DNA from: Balanoglossus misakiensis
Taxonomy: Eukaryota; Animalia; Hemichordata
Assembly: GCA_040954595.2 (NCBI GenBank)
Contig: CM082582.2
Span: forward strand, 1,470,203 to 1,534,202
DNA length: 64,000 nt
Direction: 5' to 3'
Shown here: positions 26,503 through 36,627 of the stretch, in pieces
Numbering within the stretch: the first letter of the stretch is position 1
Layout of the letters: every line of letters begins with the position of its first letter
The notes under the pieces: model-generated
Seen by the model: the letters and a program-made list of their open reading frames with translations, nothing else
The model's database searches: none
Told to the model about the DNA's origin: nothing
Position numbers and translations under genes: made by a program

Positions 26503-26686
26503 CTGGTGAAAATGAAGCCCTGAATCCTTTAGCTGGTCGTGTTCTACTACTCCTGAACACAACCGAAAAGTGTCCAATGTCTGTACGGCAATCGGGTGGT
26601 GGCACAGTGCCATCAATGACTCCATCAGAATTGCCACTCCATGGACCAATAATGACATCATCATCACTCTCAGTACCATTGTATAC
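26503..26686 (-). CDS. exon 10: CUB domain 3, C-terminal half
   Basis: AAG/GTACA, 184 bp; VYNG...FSVVFRSSRTRPAKGFRASFSP; intact. Confidence 0.88.
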
Positions 26687-27339
26687 CTTCAGAAACAAAG
26701 ACAAATTAAGCATGCATTGTAAATACCGTAAAACGGGAAATCTTCACAACAGGAAATTTTCGCGATATCAAAGGTGGCTACTGTTACGCGACAATTAATT
26801 TTCACATTGGCATATTTTACTGCATTGTTATCTCTGAAGCATTTTAAGCGACTTTTTATTTTCATATTTTTTGGCTCTCACATAGTTTACGAAAATTTAT
26901 CGTTCACGAAAATTTTATAGTATTCAATCCTTGTTGCATTTCCTGCTGTAACAGCTACTCAACATACTGTAAAATGGGAAATGTTCGCAAACAATAAATT
27001 TTCGCGATCTACGTGAGAGCCATCAAAACATGAAAATAAAAAGTTGCGTAAAAATGTTTTTCGGGGATAATGATGCAGTGAAATACAAGAACGTGAAAAG
27101 TTATTGTTGCATAACACTTGCCTCTTTTGATAACGCGAAAATTTCATGTTGCAAAAGTATCCCGTTTTACAGTATATATGTGATTAATTAAATTTCCAAA
27201 TTGTGTTCCAAAGTTGTATAGTTTGAAGTAATGTCTGCCAAAATTGTCAAACTAAAATCACTGCAAAATAATATGACAAATTTTTTAATATGACAAATAT
27301 TTTTAACATGGCTGACTCATGATCATATCTGATACTCAC

Positions 27340-27524
27340 AATGATGTAATCAACATCTGTGTTCCTCTCTAATCCAAAGTTCTCATCAAAGATAAGAGTT
27401 AATGGTCTTCCAGTTGGTTCCTTGATTAACCAGCTACACATAACATCATCAGGGTAAGTGCTAACATCATACCCTGGTGACTGAATCATGCCAAAACTAC
27501 GCAGAATTTCAATTCCGTGGCAAC
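27340..27524 (-). CDS. exon 9: CUB domain 3, N-terminal half
   Basis: AAG/GTGAG, 185 bp; GC...GMIQSPGYDVSTYPDDVMCSWLIKEPTGRPLTLIF; intact. Confidence 0.9.
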
Positions 27525-27744
27525 CTTTAAAGAAACAAGTGACCTATCGGTCAAAAGAGCTCTGCTGACTTTAACAGTGAAACCTATAGCTGGGCAATGA
27601 TATGAATACCCTAGGTTTTAATCATAACAATTGTATTCTATTAAACAAAACCAAACATAGACATCACAAGTATTTAATATCCACATTCAGCCTGATTCAT
27701 TGTGCTAAAGAAAGAAAGAATTTATTCCTAAAGAACAACATCAA

Positions 27745-28281
27745 AAGGAAGTACCAAGGTACTAATTTGCATATTCATGACCCGATCAAAATTCCAATAA
27801 AACAAAATCAGGTAGGGGCACCATAACACACATTCTACCAAATTTCAGCTCCATCGTACATGTAGTTAGGGAGAAGAAGATTTTTTACCAAAAATTATAT
27901 TTTTAGATCTAATTTGCATATTCATGACCCGATCATATCCAAATTTATGAAATCAGGTAGGGGCACCATAACACACATTCCTGCCAAATTTCAGCTCCAT
28001 CGTACATGTAGTTAGGGAGAAGAAAATGTTTGACCAACATTCTATTTTAGATCTAATTTGCATATTTATGACCCCATCAGATCCAAATTTACAAAATCAG
28101 GTAGGGGCACCATAACACACATTCCTACCAAATTATAGCTAAATATGCAATGTCGTTTTAACGAAGAAGATTGAAATACCGAAAGTTGACGGACGACGGA
28201 CAACGGACGCCGGACGACAGACGGACACTTATCAACCTACTGCTACAGCTTGGCTGACACAAGTGACAGCCAAGCTAAAAA
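27745..28281 (-). mobile_element. HINE/Pearl-like element with three ~145-bp internal tandem repeats
   Basis: Repeats start at ctaatttgcatatt (27762, 27909, 28053), followed by a (GACG/GACA)n microsatellite, hairpin agcttggctg...cagccaagct and an A-run. Confidence 0.75.
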
Positions 28282-28658
28282 TACCAAACAAGGAATAATG
28301 AATTCAATCCACAGGTTTGGTGTAATCCTGGCTGCCTTTTATTTTGTGCTAGGGGATCAAATCACATAATAATTGCCTTCTGGATAAAAAGTCGTACGCG
28401 ACAGAAGAAATGACTGTTAACTGTATATGACTTCCTTAGGTCAAACCTTTCTGTCGTTATACATGTAGTTATCAAATTAAACTCATTTAACTTTTTTCAC
28501 ATTTTGTTATTTTTTCTGTTAAAAAGTTCCATAATGACCCAGTATCAGATTAGCTTATATTATAAACTTCCAGAAAGAATGGCAAAAGAAGATAGATCTG
28601 TGATCCTTACAATTCTTACTGGGTTGAAATTCTTTGGGAATGATTTTAAGTGATTTAA

Positions 28659-29007
28659 AGGGACAAAGTTTCTCTCACTCGCTGCCCTTTTTCCATTAAC
28701 TATGTTTGATACAAGACACTGTTTATGTTATTCTACATGTGGATATATAGTGAATCAACATTCAACCACGCACAACTTCCATCCCGTTTGTAGGATATGA
28801 GAGTAAAAATATTGCCAAAATGAATAAACGGTAGAGACCAATTATTCATTTTGGCGAGTTTTTTCACTCTTGTGTCTACAAGTGGGATGGAAGTTGTTTG
28901 TGGTCAAACGTTGTTTCAATATATATCCACATGTAGAATAACATAAACGCTGTATTGTATCATCATAATTCCTGGAAAAAGGGTAGCGAGAGAGAGTGTT
29001 TGTCCCT
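28659..29007. mobile_element. ~350-bp palindromic TTAA-flanked MITE
   Basis: TTAA|agggacaaa...tttgtccct|TTAA, with the whole element an imperfect palindrome. Further copies at ~29410-29686, ~41263-41553 and ~42345-42641. Confidence 0.8.
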
Positions 29008-29092
29008 TTAAAACATTGTTCTCTTGCATCATGAATCCTTAATTGCCTCTTCATTCAAACAACGTCTTGATCAATTTGAATGCGTTACCTAC

Positions 29093-29294
29093 CTGCCCAG
29101 TAATGTACATGAAAACCTCTCATTGTAACTGCATCATCACTCTTAATGTCAACTCTCATCATACTTTTGGAAGATATGATGACATTGGGTAACTCCATCC
29201 CAGAAAATAAAGCAAGTCTGAGGGCAGGATTCAGTTCAGCGCCATCGTATACAGACACTTGATCAGCCCCATCTTCTGTTGCAAAGGAGATAAA
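29093..29294 (-). pseudogene. exon 8: CUB domain 2, C-terminal half, with mutated splice acceptor
   Basis: 202-bp open frame FISFATEDGADQVSVYDG...MRGFHVHYWA with GTAGG donor. The position equivalent to the CUB1 acceptor reads tttcCG instead of tttcAG (29295-29296). Confidence 0.8.
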
Positions 29295-30054
29295 CGGAAA
29301 AGATATAAAAAATAGCATCAAAGACACTTTGCTCCCATTTGATATGTACATTTAAATGTGACATACCGTACAATCATAGTGATCACAATTTCCTACACAA
29401 AACCATTAAGGGGCAAAGTCTCTCTCTCTCTCGCTGCCCCTTTTCCATTAATTATCGTTTGATTATCGTTTATGTTATTCTAGATGTGGATATATAGTGA
29501 ATCAACATTCCATCCCGCTTCATTTTGGGCGAGATTTTTACTCTCATATCCTAAAAATGGGATGGAAGGTGTGTGTGGTCGAATGTTGATTCACTATATA
29601 TCCTCATGTAGAATAACATAAACGGTGTCTTGTATCAAACATAATTAATGGGAAAAGGGCAGCGAGAGAGAGAGACTTCGTCCCTATAAGGACACCTTTA
29701 GCATTGATGAGGTAATATAAGAATACATCTGATAAAGAATATTTTCACATCCCAATAAACCAAAATCCAAAACAACTGGAAGAGCCGTTTCTGACATAAG
29801 TGGACTTTTGGACCAAAAATGTCTAAAACTACCCACCCCCCTCCTCCCCAGTATTGATATTTGTCACATGTTTATGTACACCATAATAACAAATATTGTA
29901 GGTCCTTGTAAACCAAATTTTAAGAAATCGGAAAAGTGACTACTGAGAATTGACCAGAAATGACAAAAATAAAATGTATTTTTAAAAATATAATTACTAA
30001 TTTTTGTCATGCTGTAAAACAACTCACACGATTAATTGCATCTGAATCCACTAC

Positions 30055-30206
30055 ATGTAAAGTGACAACAAATTCTGTTGTGAATGATGCCAGCTGTCAG
30101 TTACAATCTTCATTGTTGAGATAATTCTTGCCTTCAAAATATTCTGTACTGCTGAGATTCTGTTTATATGACTGTGCTATGAAATTCCCACCACACAAAG
30201 AATACA
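30055..30206 (-). pseudogene. exon 7: CUB domain 2, N-terminal half, with in-frame stop
   Basis: CAG|VYSLCGGNFIAQ...NYLNNEDCN*QLAS...VTLH. TGA at 30097-30099 replaces the conserved CUB C-x-W tryptophan. Confidence 0.85.
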
Positions 30207-30499
30207 CTGAAAGAAAGAAGAAGTCATCTTAACAGAAACACTTCACAAACAGGACATCAGCAAGATCACAGTCGAGGTAGGGCAAATATTGCCTACATGT
30301 GCAATCTATAATGTTATACCAGGTTCACGTAGGGTAAAATTCGAAACGTTTCAGAGACACTATTTGCCTAAGGTAAACACAGAGCATTAATGCTTTTAGT
30401 TGCCTTGTGTCCACACATGCAAAGTTTATGTGTAGTTCGCGAAAATTTATCGTTTGCGAAAATTTCCAGTTTTACATTATGTATAAAACTTGGTATTAC

Positions 30500-30700
30500 C
30501 TGCTTGCCAAGATGCTTCAAAGCCAGTAGCAGTATGCGAACTATCTGAGAGAAATTTCACCAACATTGCATTACCACTGCTAATAACTTCATCAGGCTGG
30601 TCCGGTCCACTGTATGTGGCAAGAATTTGGATGGGTCAAACACAGACACCTCGACAATGACAACAGTATCATGATAAAGTTCAGTGTCAAAATGTAGAAA
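30500..30700 (-). pseudogene. exon 6: CUB domain 1, C-terminal half, with 1-bp frameshift
   Basis: FLHFDTELYHDTVVIV is in one frame and QILATYSG...MLVKFLSDSSHTATGFEASWQA in another. The exon is 201 bp, versus 202 bp for the equivalent CUB2 exon. Confidence 0.85.
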
Positions 30701-31065
30701 CTGAAAAGAATAAAAAATGTCACAACACACATCATAAATAGTGAGCTGTCTCAAGCCAATATACATGAAAATAAACACAGTTTCATGACTTAAGCCCCAT
30801 TAGCTGTAACTTTTTGCATTTTTCAGTATTTCTATTCTGTGTATCAATTATAGTTTCTTGTTCAGCTACGCAGGGCAGAGTTAAATCCATAGTCTTAACT
30901 TCTCAACGAAACCTATGAGGGCACAATCGGCATTGTTGTTGTTTGAAAACATTCGTAAATAATAACAACAGTCAGTACACATACACATGACTCGTTGACA
31001 AGCAGAGAGCTGGGTGTGATGGGTTACTCATGAGGAGAGGAACAAGAAAAAGTGTTTAATTTAAA

Positions 31066-31720
31066 TAATAACACATGATAGCGAGGGCAATATCACGATT
31101 TGAAGCCTGCATGAGGGATGGTGATCTCTGACCATAATATTGATGATGCCCGAGCCGCAGGCGAGGGTATCATCAATATTTTGGTCAGAGATCACCAGCC
31201 CGAGGGCAGGCTTCAAATCGTGATGTTGCCCGAGCATAATGTGTTATTAATTTTATTACGCCGAACATTTGAACGTACATACACTGCAGCATGTAGCATG
31301 TAGACTCGCGTCCATATGTCGTACGTTGCTGAGAATGTAAAATGTCTCGATCTCCCAAGAATTATACGATACCTACTTCGAACTTAGATTATTTTGAAAA
31401 TACTGCGCTGTTGTTTGCGATTTTGGTGTATTTACTGCCCGTTTGCAGTAAAATATCATCCAGTAGAACAGGTGTTAAGCCTGTGTGTCGCTTTGAAGCC
31501 ATATAGATGCGGGAGTTGACTGATCGTGAAGGAAGCCATTGAACGACAGTTTGGAACGCGCAGAAGTCGTGCCCAGAACACCAAAACAACCAAGTGGGCA
31601 ATATCAGCGCACGCGACAGGGCTTTATCAACTCTAGCCATGTTATATCACTTTTTTTTCTATATCACGTGAGCGCGTCTCAGCCAATCACGAAAACGGTA
31701 TAATACGTGAGGTGTAATAA
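31066..31720. mobile_element. non-autonomous element with a ~185-bp terminal hairpin and short asymmetric TIRs
   Basis: Hairpin 31066-31249 with apex cccgagccgcaggcgaggg, followed by tttattacgcc ... ggtgtaataaa. Confidence 0.7.
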
Positions 31721-32021
31721 ACACAAAACAAAATTACTGATAAACTAGCCTGAAGTTATAGATAATGGCCCTTTAATTCAAAAGTTTACCAAAAATCATG
31801 TTTGTTATAAGGAAGAAAAAAATCAAATTATTTTTTTTTTAGTTGAAATGAATTTAAATCTAATACATGTGTCTGTTTTTTTTTTAAAGTGTTTGTATGT
31901 CGAATGGACGGGAAAAGGTGTTTTGTATAGGCAGGTTTCCAGATTAGACAGAGTTAGTGGTTTATGCAAGTTTTACTGTAAAAAATAACTGGTTTTGGAA
32001 TTTGACAGTTTACAAGTGAGC

Positions 32022-32149
32022 ACTTATTCTGGATGTTGCAGGTCCCTGGATTGTCCAAATACATTCTTGTAGAATGTAATAATTATCATCTGGGTATCCA
32101 GTGCTGTGAAAGGTCCCCGATTCACCAGTTTCCAAACCACCACATGTTC
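32022..32149 (-). pseudogene. exon 5: CUB domain 1, N-terminal half, donor site lost
   Basis: CAG|GTCGGLETGESGTFHSTGYPDDNYYILQECIWTIQGPATSRIS then AHL*. No phase-0 GT donor where the next exon requires one. Confidence 0.8.
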
Positions 32150-32731
32150 CTGAATATCATTAAAATAAAAAGAAAGAGTATGTTTGTGTGATGAATGGTC
32201 ATAAAGATTCAGCTCATCAAGTTGACGAAATTTCATTGATGATAAAATTACTTCACCAACAGTGAGTATCCAATGTACATGTATACAACAATGTTTGTAT
32301 TAGTATAAATCAAATGTAAAAATTTTGAAACGACATTTATCACACCCGAAAATTCCAAGAACCGCATATTATGATTCTCTAAGCTCAAACTATCAGTGTG
32401 ACAGATGCCAGATTCTTAAAATACTTGGCCCAGTTTTGTTTCTGATTTATATTTATGACATACTGTAAAACAGGAAATTTTTCATGATATCAAAAGTGGC
32501 AACTGTTATGCGATGATTGATTTTCGCATTCTCATATTTCACGGCATTGCTATCTTCGAAAAACATTTTGACACAACTTGTTTATTTTCGCGTTTTTTTG
32601 GCTCTCGCATAGTTCGCAAAAATGTATCGCTCGCGAAAATTTCCTGTTTACAGTACAAAATTCTTTGAGGATCAGACTTTCTGCTGACAGTTCAAAAGTA
32701 GTCTTTAGTTGCAAAGGAGATGATCATACAA

Positions 32732-34205
32732 TTAAACCACGATCGTGACGTCACACTATTCAATAGACAAGTCATTCACTGAGAGAACCTCCGTCTCACA
32801 CAAAACCACAGGTTTAAAACCAAGTCCCGGGTAGTTCTAGAACTACCTCCGGGGGTTCTAGAACTACCGCAGGACTCAGTCTCACCTGTCGTAACAAAAA
32901 TACAAATACACAATGCTTTATTTGCATAATTACATTTACTTCTATACCTGTATTCAAAGTACATTTCATTTGAATAGAGTAATTGTTATGTTAATTGAAA
33001 GCGAACTGGATATGCGACAGTCTCCGGATCATTTCATTCAATGCTTCACATTCACAGTTTTGTCTACTGACGTACAAAGCTAATGTCTTGGTGGCTCTCG
33101 AGAGTCTTCATAACATGATAATAAAAGTATAAAATAGACAAAAATCAATTCACCAGAAACAAACTAACGTTGCAATAAATTAACTACAAATTTCTAGAAA
33201 ATTATACTAAATCACATTATCCCCAGATTTGCTTGCATTACTCTAACCAGATGCTTCACTTCGATTTTGCTTCACTACCGACATGTAACAAGGTTGGCTG
33301 TTTTAGGCCTAAAACCCGCGTACCTTGCAAAATTCTGCTTACTTTTTGTTGCTGTTCACCAGACGTGGGTTTGTAATGTCGGACGGATTCACTTCGGTAT
33401 CAAGTCTTTTCGCAGATGAGTTACTCACCAATATCGCTACCATACAGACGTGTTGCCGCTGTGGCTCGTAGAGAGTGGTTCGTTCAAAAGCCAGGGAGGC
33501 CAATACACAGACGGGCAGTAGTACCATGTAGAGCATTGTTACCCGGTTTTTGCTTTACCAACATGTAGCCGCTTGTTTTCGCAGATGATATAGATCGGAA
33601 CTACATGTATCTTCAGATCGATTTCATGGACATTTGAAGGAAAATAAAAAAAAACGTGACACTTACATGTAGGCCTTCTGCATTTGGCCTAGAAAATTTT
33701 CGCGTAAGCTTACCATGTGCACGCAAAACCCCAATAGCTGTAACGCTTCCCATAATACACTACGTAACACACCTGTAAAGTTTAATTTGATGCAAATTAG
33801 TGTTTGAAATTAGCATATCACTCTGACACGTAAGCATGAACATTTAGAGTAACACCTGTCAAGCGTGGGCGATCTTGTAAGGCCCAGCAGGGCGGTCTAG
33901 AACTACCTGCCCACGACATGATTCATTTATAGGAAAAGGGGTGGCCAACCAAATTTCACAGTCAGCAATGAAGAATAAGCCTCTTTTGATAAGCTTTTGT
34001 TCGTTCATTTTATTGAATCGTTGAGTAAAACGACGTCTTTGTGGTACACGAAGCTCCAATGGTGACAATGTCTGTGGGGGGTCGTGGTTTAAGTTAGAGA
34101 ACCACCTCCCCCTCAGTGGTTCTTGGTTTCCAATCGCCTCGGGCCTGCGGCCCTTGGCAATTCGAAACCAAGAACCACCTCGGGGTCGGTGGTTCTCTAT
34201 TACAT
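32732..34205. mobile_element. ~1.47-kb non-autonomous element with a terminal hairpin and short TIRs
   Basis: ttaaaccacga (32732) and tcgtggtttaa (~34082-34092) are inverted repeats; adjacent hairpin 34095-34199 with apex ctcgggcctgcggccctt; internal ctagaactacc motifs near both ends. Confidence 0.6.
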
Positions 34206-34404
34206 AAATAGTCTAAAAGAAATTGTTAAGTAAACATAACCATACAATTAATGAGTGGAATTATCTAGCGACAACTGGCCTCAATTTTGAATTTCAAATA
34301 TAACACCATTCTGCACCCAAGGAGACATCACATGATCTGATCCCCCTTGTTTAACTTTTAGTGGTGAGCTCTTCCAAGTATATCTTGTATTGCTTAGGGG
34401 ACTC

Positions 34405-34682
34405 TAACTCTCTCTCCTTCCCTCCCTTCCACCCCCTCCCCCTCCCTCTCTAGCTCTCTCCCTCCCCTCTCCCGCCCCTCTCCCTCCCCTCTCCCGCCCC
34501 TCTCCCTCCCTCCCACCCCTCTCTAGCTCTCTCTCCCTCCCTACCCCCCTCTACCCCTCCCTCTCCCTCTAGTTCTCTCTCCCCCTCTCCCTCACTACCA
34601 CCCTCCCTCCCTCCCTCCCTGTCACTCTCCAGCTCTCTCTCCCTCCCCTCTCACTCTCCCCTCCCAGCCTCTCCCTCCCGCT
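34405..34682. repeat. CT-rich low-complexity polypyrimidine tract
   Basis: Almost purely C/T on the plus strand: (CCCT)n and (CT)n. Confidence 0.9.
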
Positions 34683-34797
34683 CTTTTGCACACACTCTCT
34701 CTTAGTATATATATTGGGAGGTGACTACAGCAGTGCGAGAAAAGTAAAGACCTGATGCGAGTAAGGGAAGATTCTAGCTGATTTGAATCAGACTTAC

Positions 34798-35013
34798 CTT
34801 CAGCACAAGCTGCTACTTCACACATTGACAGACTGACATCATCACATCTTGCATGATACAATGGGTAATTATTTTCAAAGAGGTTTAACCTCACACATTG
34901 CCCAGTGGAGGCATCAGGTTCTGTGTCTGCCCATCGACCATCAAAGACACTACCTTTCCTGCCATCTGAATAATCATATTCCACACTGCCATCTCGATTG
35001 GGTCCACTAAATC
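34798..35013 (-). CDS. exon 4: C-type lectin C-terminal part (W-x3-EPD motif) plus linker AACAEG
   Basis: TAG/GTAAG, 216 bp, phase 1-1; GRWADTEPDASTGQCV...ARCDDVSLSMCE; intact. Confidence 0.9.
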
Positions 35014-35455
35014 CTATAAAATGGAAATAAAGAAAGAAGATGCATACAGCAGTGTTTCATCCAGGATGGGGGGGGGGATATGTCCCCCTTTGCTTGAATA
35101 GTTGCACTCTTGCAAGGAGGGGAATGAGTGACATCGCTGAGTCTGTAAGGGGCACCATTTCCCCCTTGACAAATTTCTAGGGGGGTGCCAACATGCTGAC
35201 AGTGGGCGAATTCCCTCATCCCTCCATCTGGATGAAAAACTGCATACAGAGTCACTTAATAGCAAGATTTTGTGAGGTTATTGAGATGTAAAAAATAGGC
35301 TTTTCAATTACCATCTTGAGACAATTATCATTCAAGTGTTACTATGCAGTGCTTACTTGTAAACTGTCAAATTCCAAAACCAGTTATTTTTTACACTTGA
35401 TACACCCACAAATTATTTGGGAACACTGACAAACACTGTTAAAAGACACACTCAC

Positions 35456-35574
35456 CAATCCAACCATGGTTCGCTGTTTCATTGGAAGTCTCTTCAATCT
35501 GGTTTACAATCTCTGCTCCAGCATAACGATTTTCAGAATAACCCTCAATTACTGTCAAGTGCCCACCATAAAAT
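35456..35574 (-). CDS. exon 3: C-type lectin middle part (FYGGHLTVIEGYSENRY...HGWIG)
   Basis: CAG/GTGAG, 119 bp; contains the WIG motif; phases match both neighbouring exons. Confidence 0.88.
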
Positions 35575-36310
35575 CTGAAAATAAACCAATTTATAACACA
35601 TCAAACATGTTCCAAACTAATTTCGAAATTCCAGTCCGTGAATAATACATTTCCTCTTTGAAAACATTTAATATTGGTGAATAAGAGGTTCATAAATGTA
35701 TAACATTAGATTTTTGTTTGTAAAGTCTATATTTTGTGTTACACCTTTCCAATAAGTGTGTGATTAGTGTAGATTTCGGCAGAATTTCTGGGAAAAAAGA
35801 ATCTGTGAAAAATTCACCTGAATTTTGGGGAGAAAAAAAATTGCTGAACGTTTCCTTTGAATAAAAAAGTTCAGCTTATTTCTTTTAGAGAAAACATGAC
35901 AATTTCCAGGAAATGGCTGTTGTTGTTTTTTTTTTGGTGTGAATAAACTTAAAAGACAAATTCTGATACAGTTGCATCAAGGTGATGGAAGAAAATCCCA
36001 GATTAACAGGATATTTGGAGAATTTATCCAGAATTTCAAAATTAGTTCGAAATGTGACATTGTGTTATCAATGATCTGTGTTGAGCAGTCGAACGATGAA
36101 CGGGTAGTTGACAATTCCCACGAGCACACCCGTATCTTTCCTCGGTAGTTGCGCCGGGCCGGTCGGCAATGTAACAGAAAAAAGTGGTACGATATGCCAG
36201 CTGAGCCGTCGCTAGTCTACAATTCCGAGTCTACAAGGCCGTCTCTAACTAAAAATTATAATAACTATCGAGGTACGTGACAATTATATCAGCGAATGTG
36301 GGGCTGGGGG

Positions 36311-36627
36311 TTGCTGCAGTTTGCAGCCCCTCCATCTCCCCTGGACGATTTTTGTTTTTGCGGGGCTGCAGGTCCCAGCTATTCTAAACCGCACAACGAG
36401 CGACCGGGATTTGGGCCCGGAGCGAATTTCTACACTCCAGACGTCTCCAGTCCACAATTGTCCACAATTTTTTCGCCAAATCGGTCCCGGAACCCATACA
36501 GCGCTTACCTGGCAAAGGATGTCGCGGTATTTGTCGATTTTGCCTACGTTTTCCCCAGTTATTCAACTTCAATCGGCAAAACCAAAACTCGTTCAGGGGA
36601 GATTGAGGGGCTGCAAACTGCAGCAAG
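36311..36627. mobile_element. GC-rich fold-back element with ~50-bp inverted repeats
   Basis: ttgctgcagtttgcagcccctc.atctcccctg.acga.tttt at the left and its reverse complement at the right. Confidence 0.65.
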
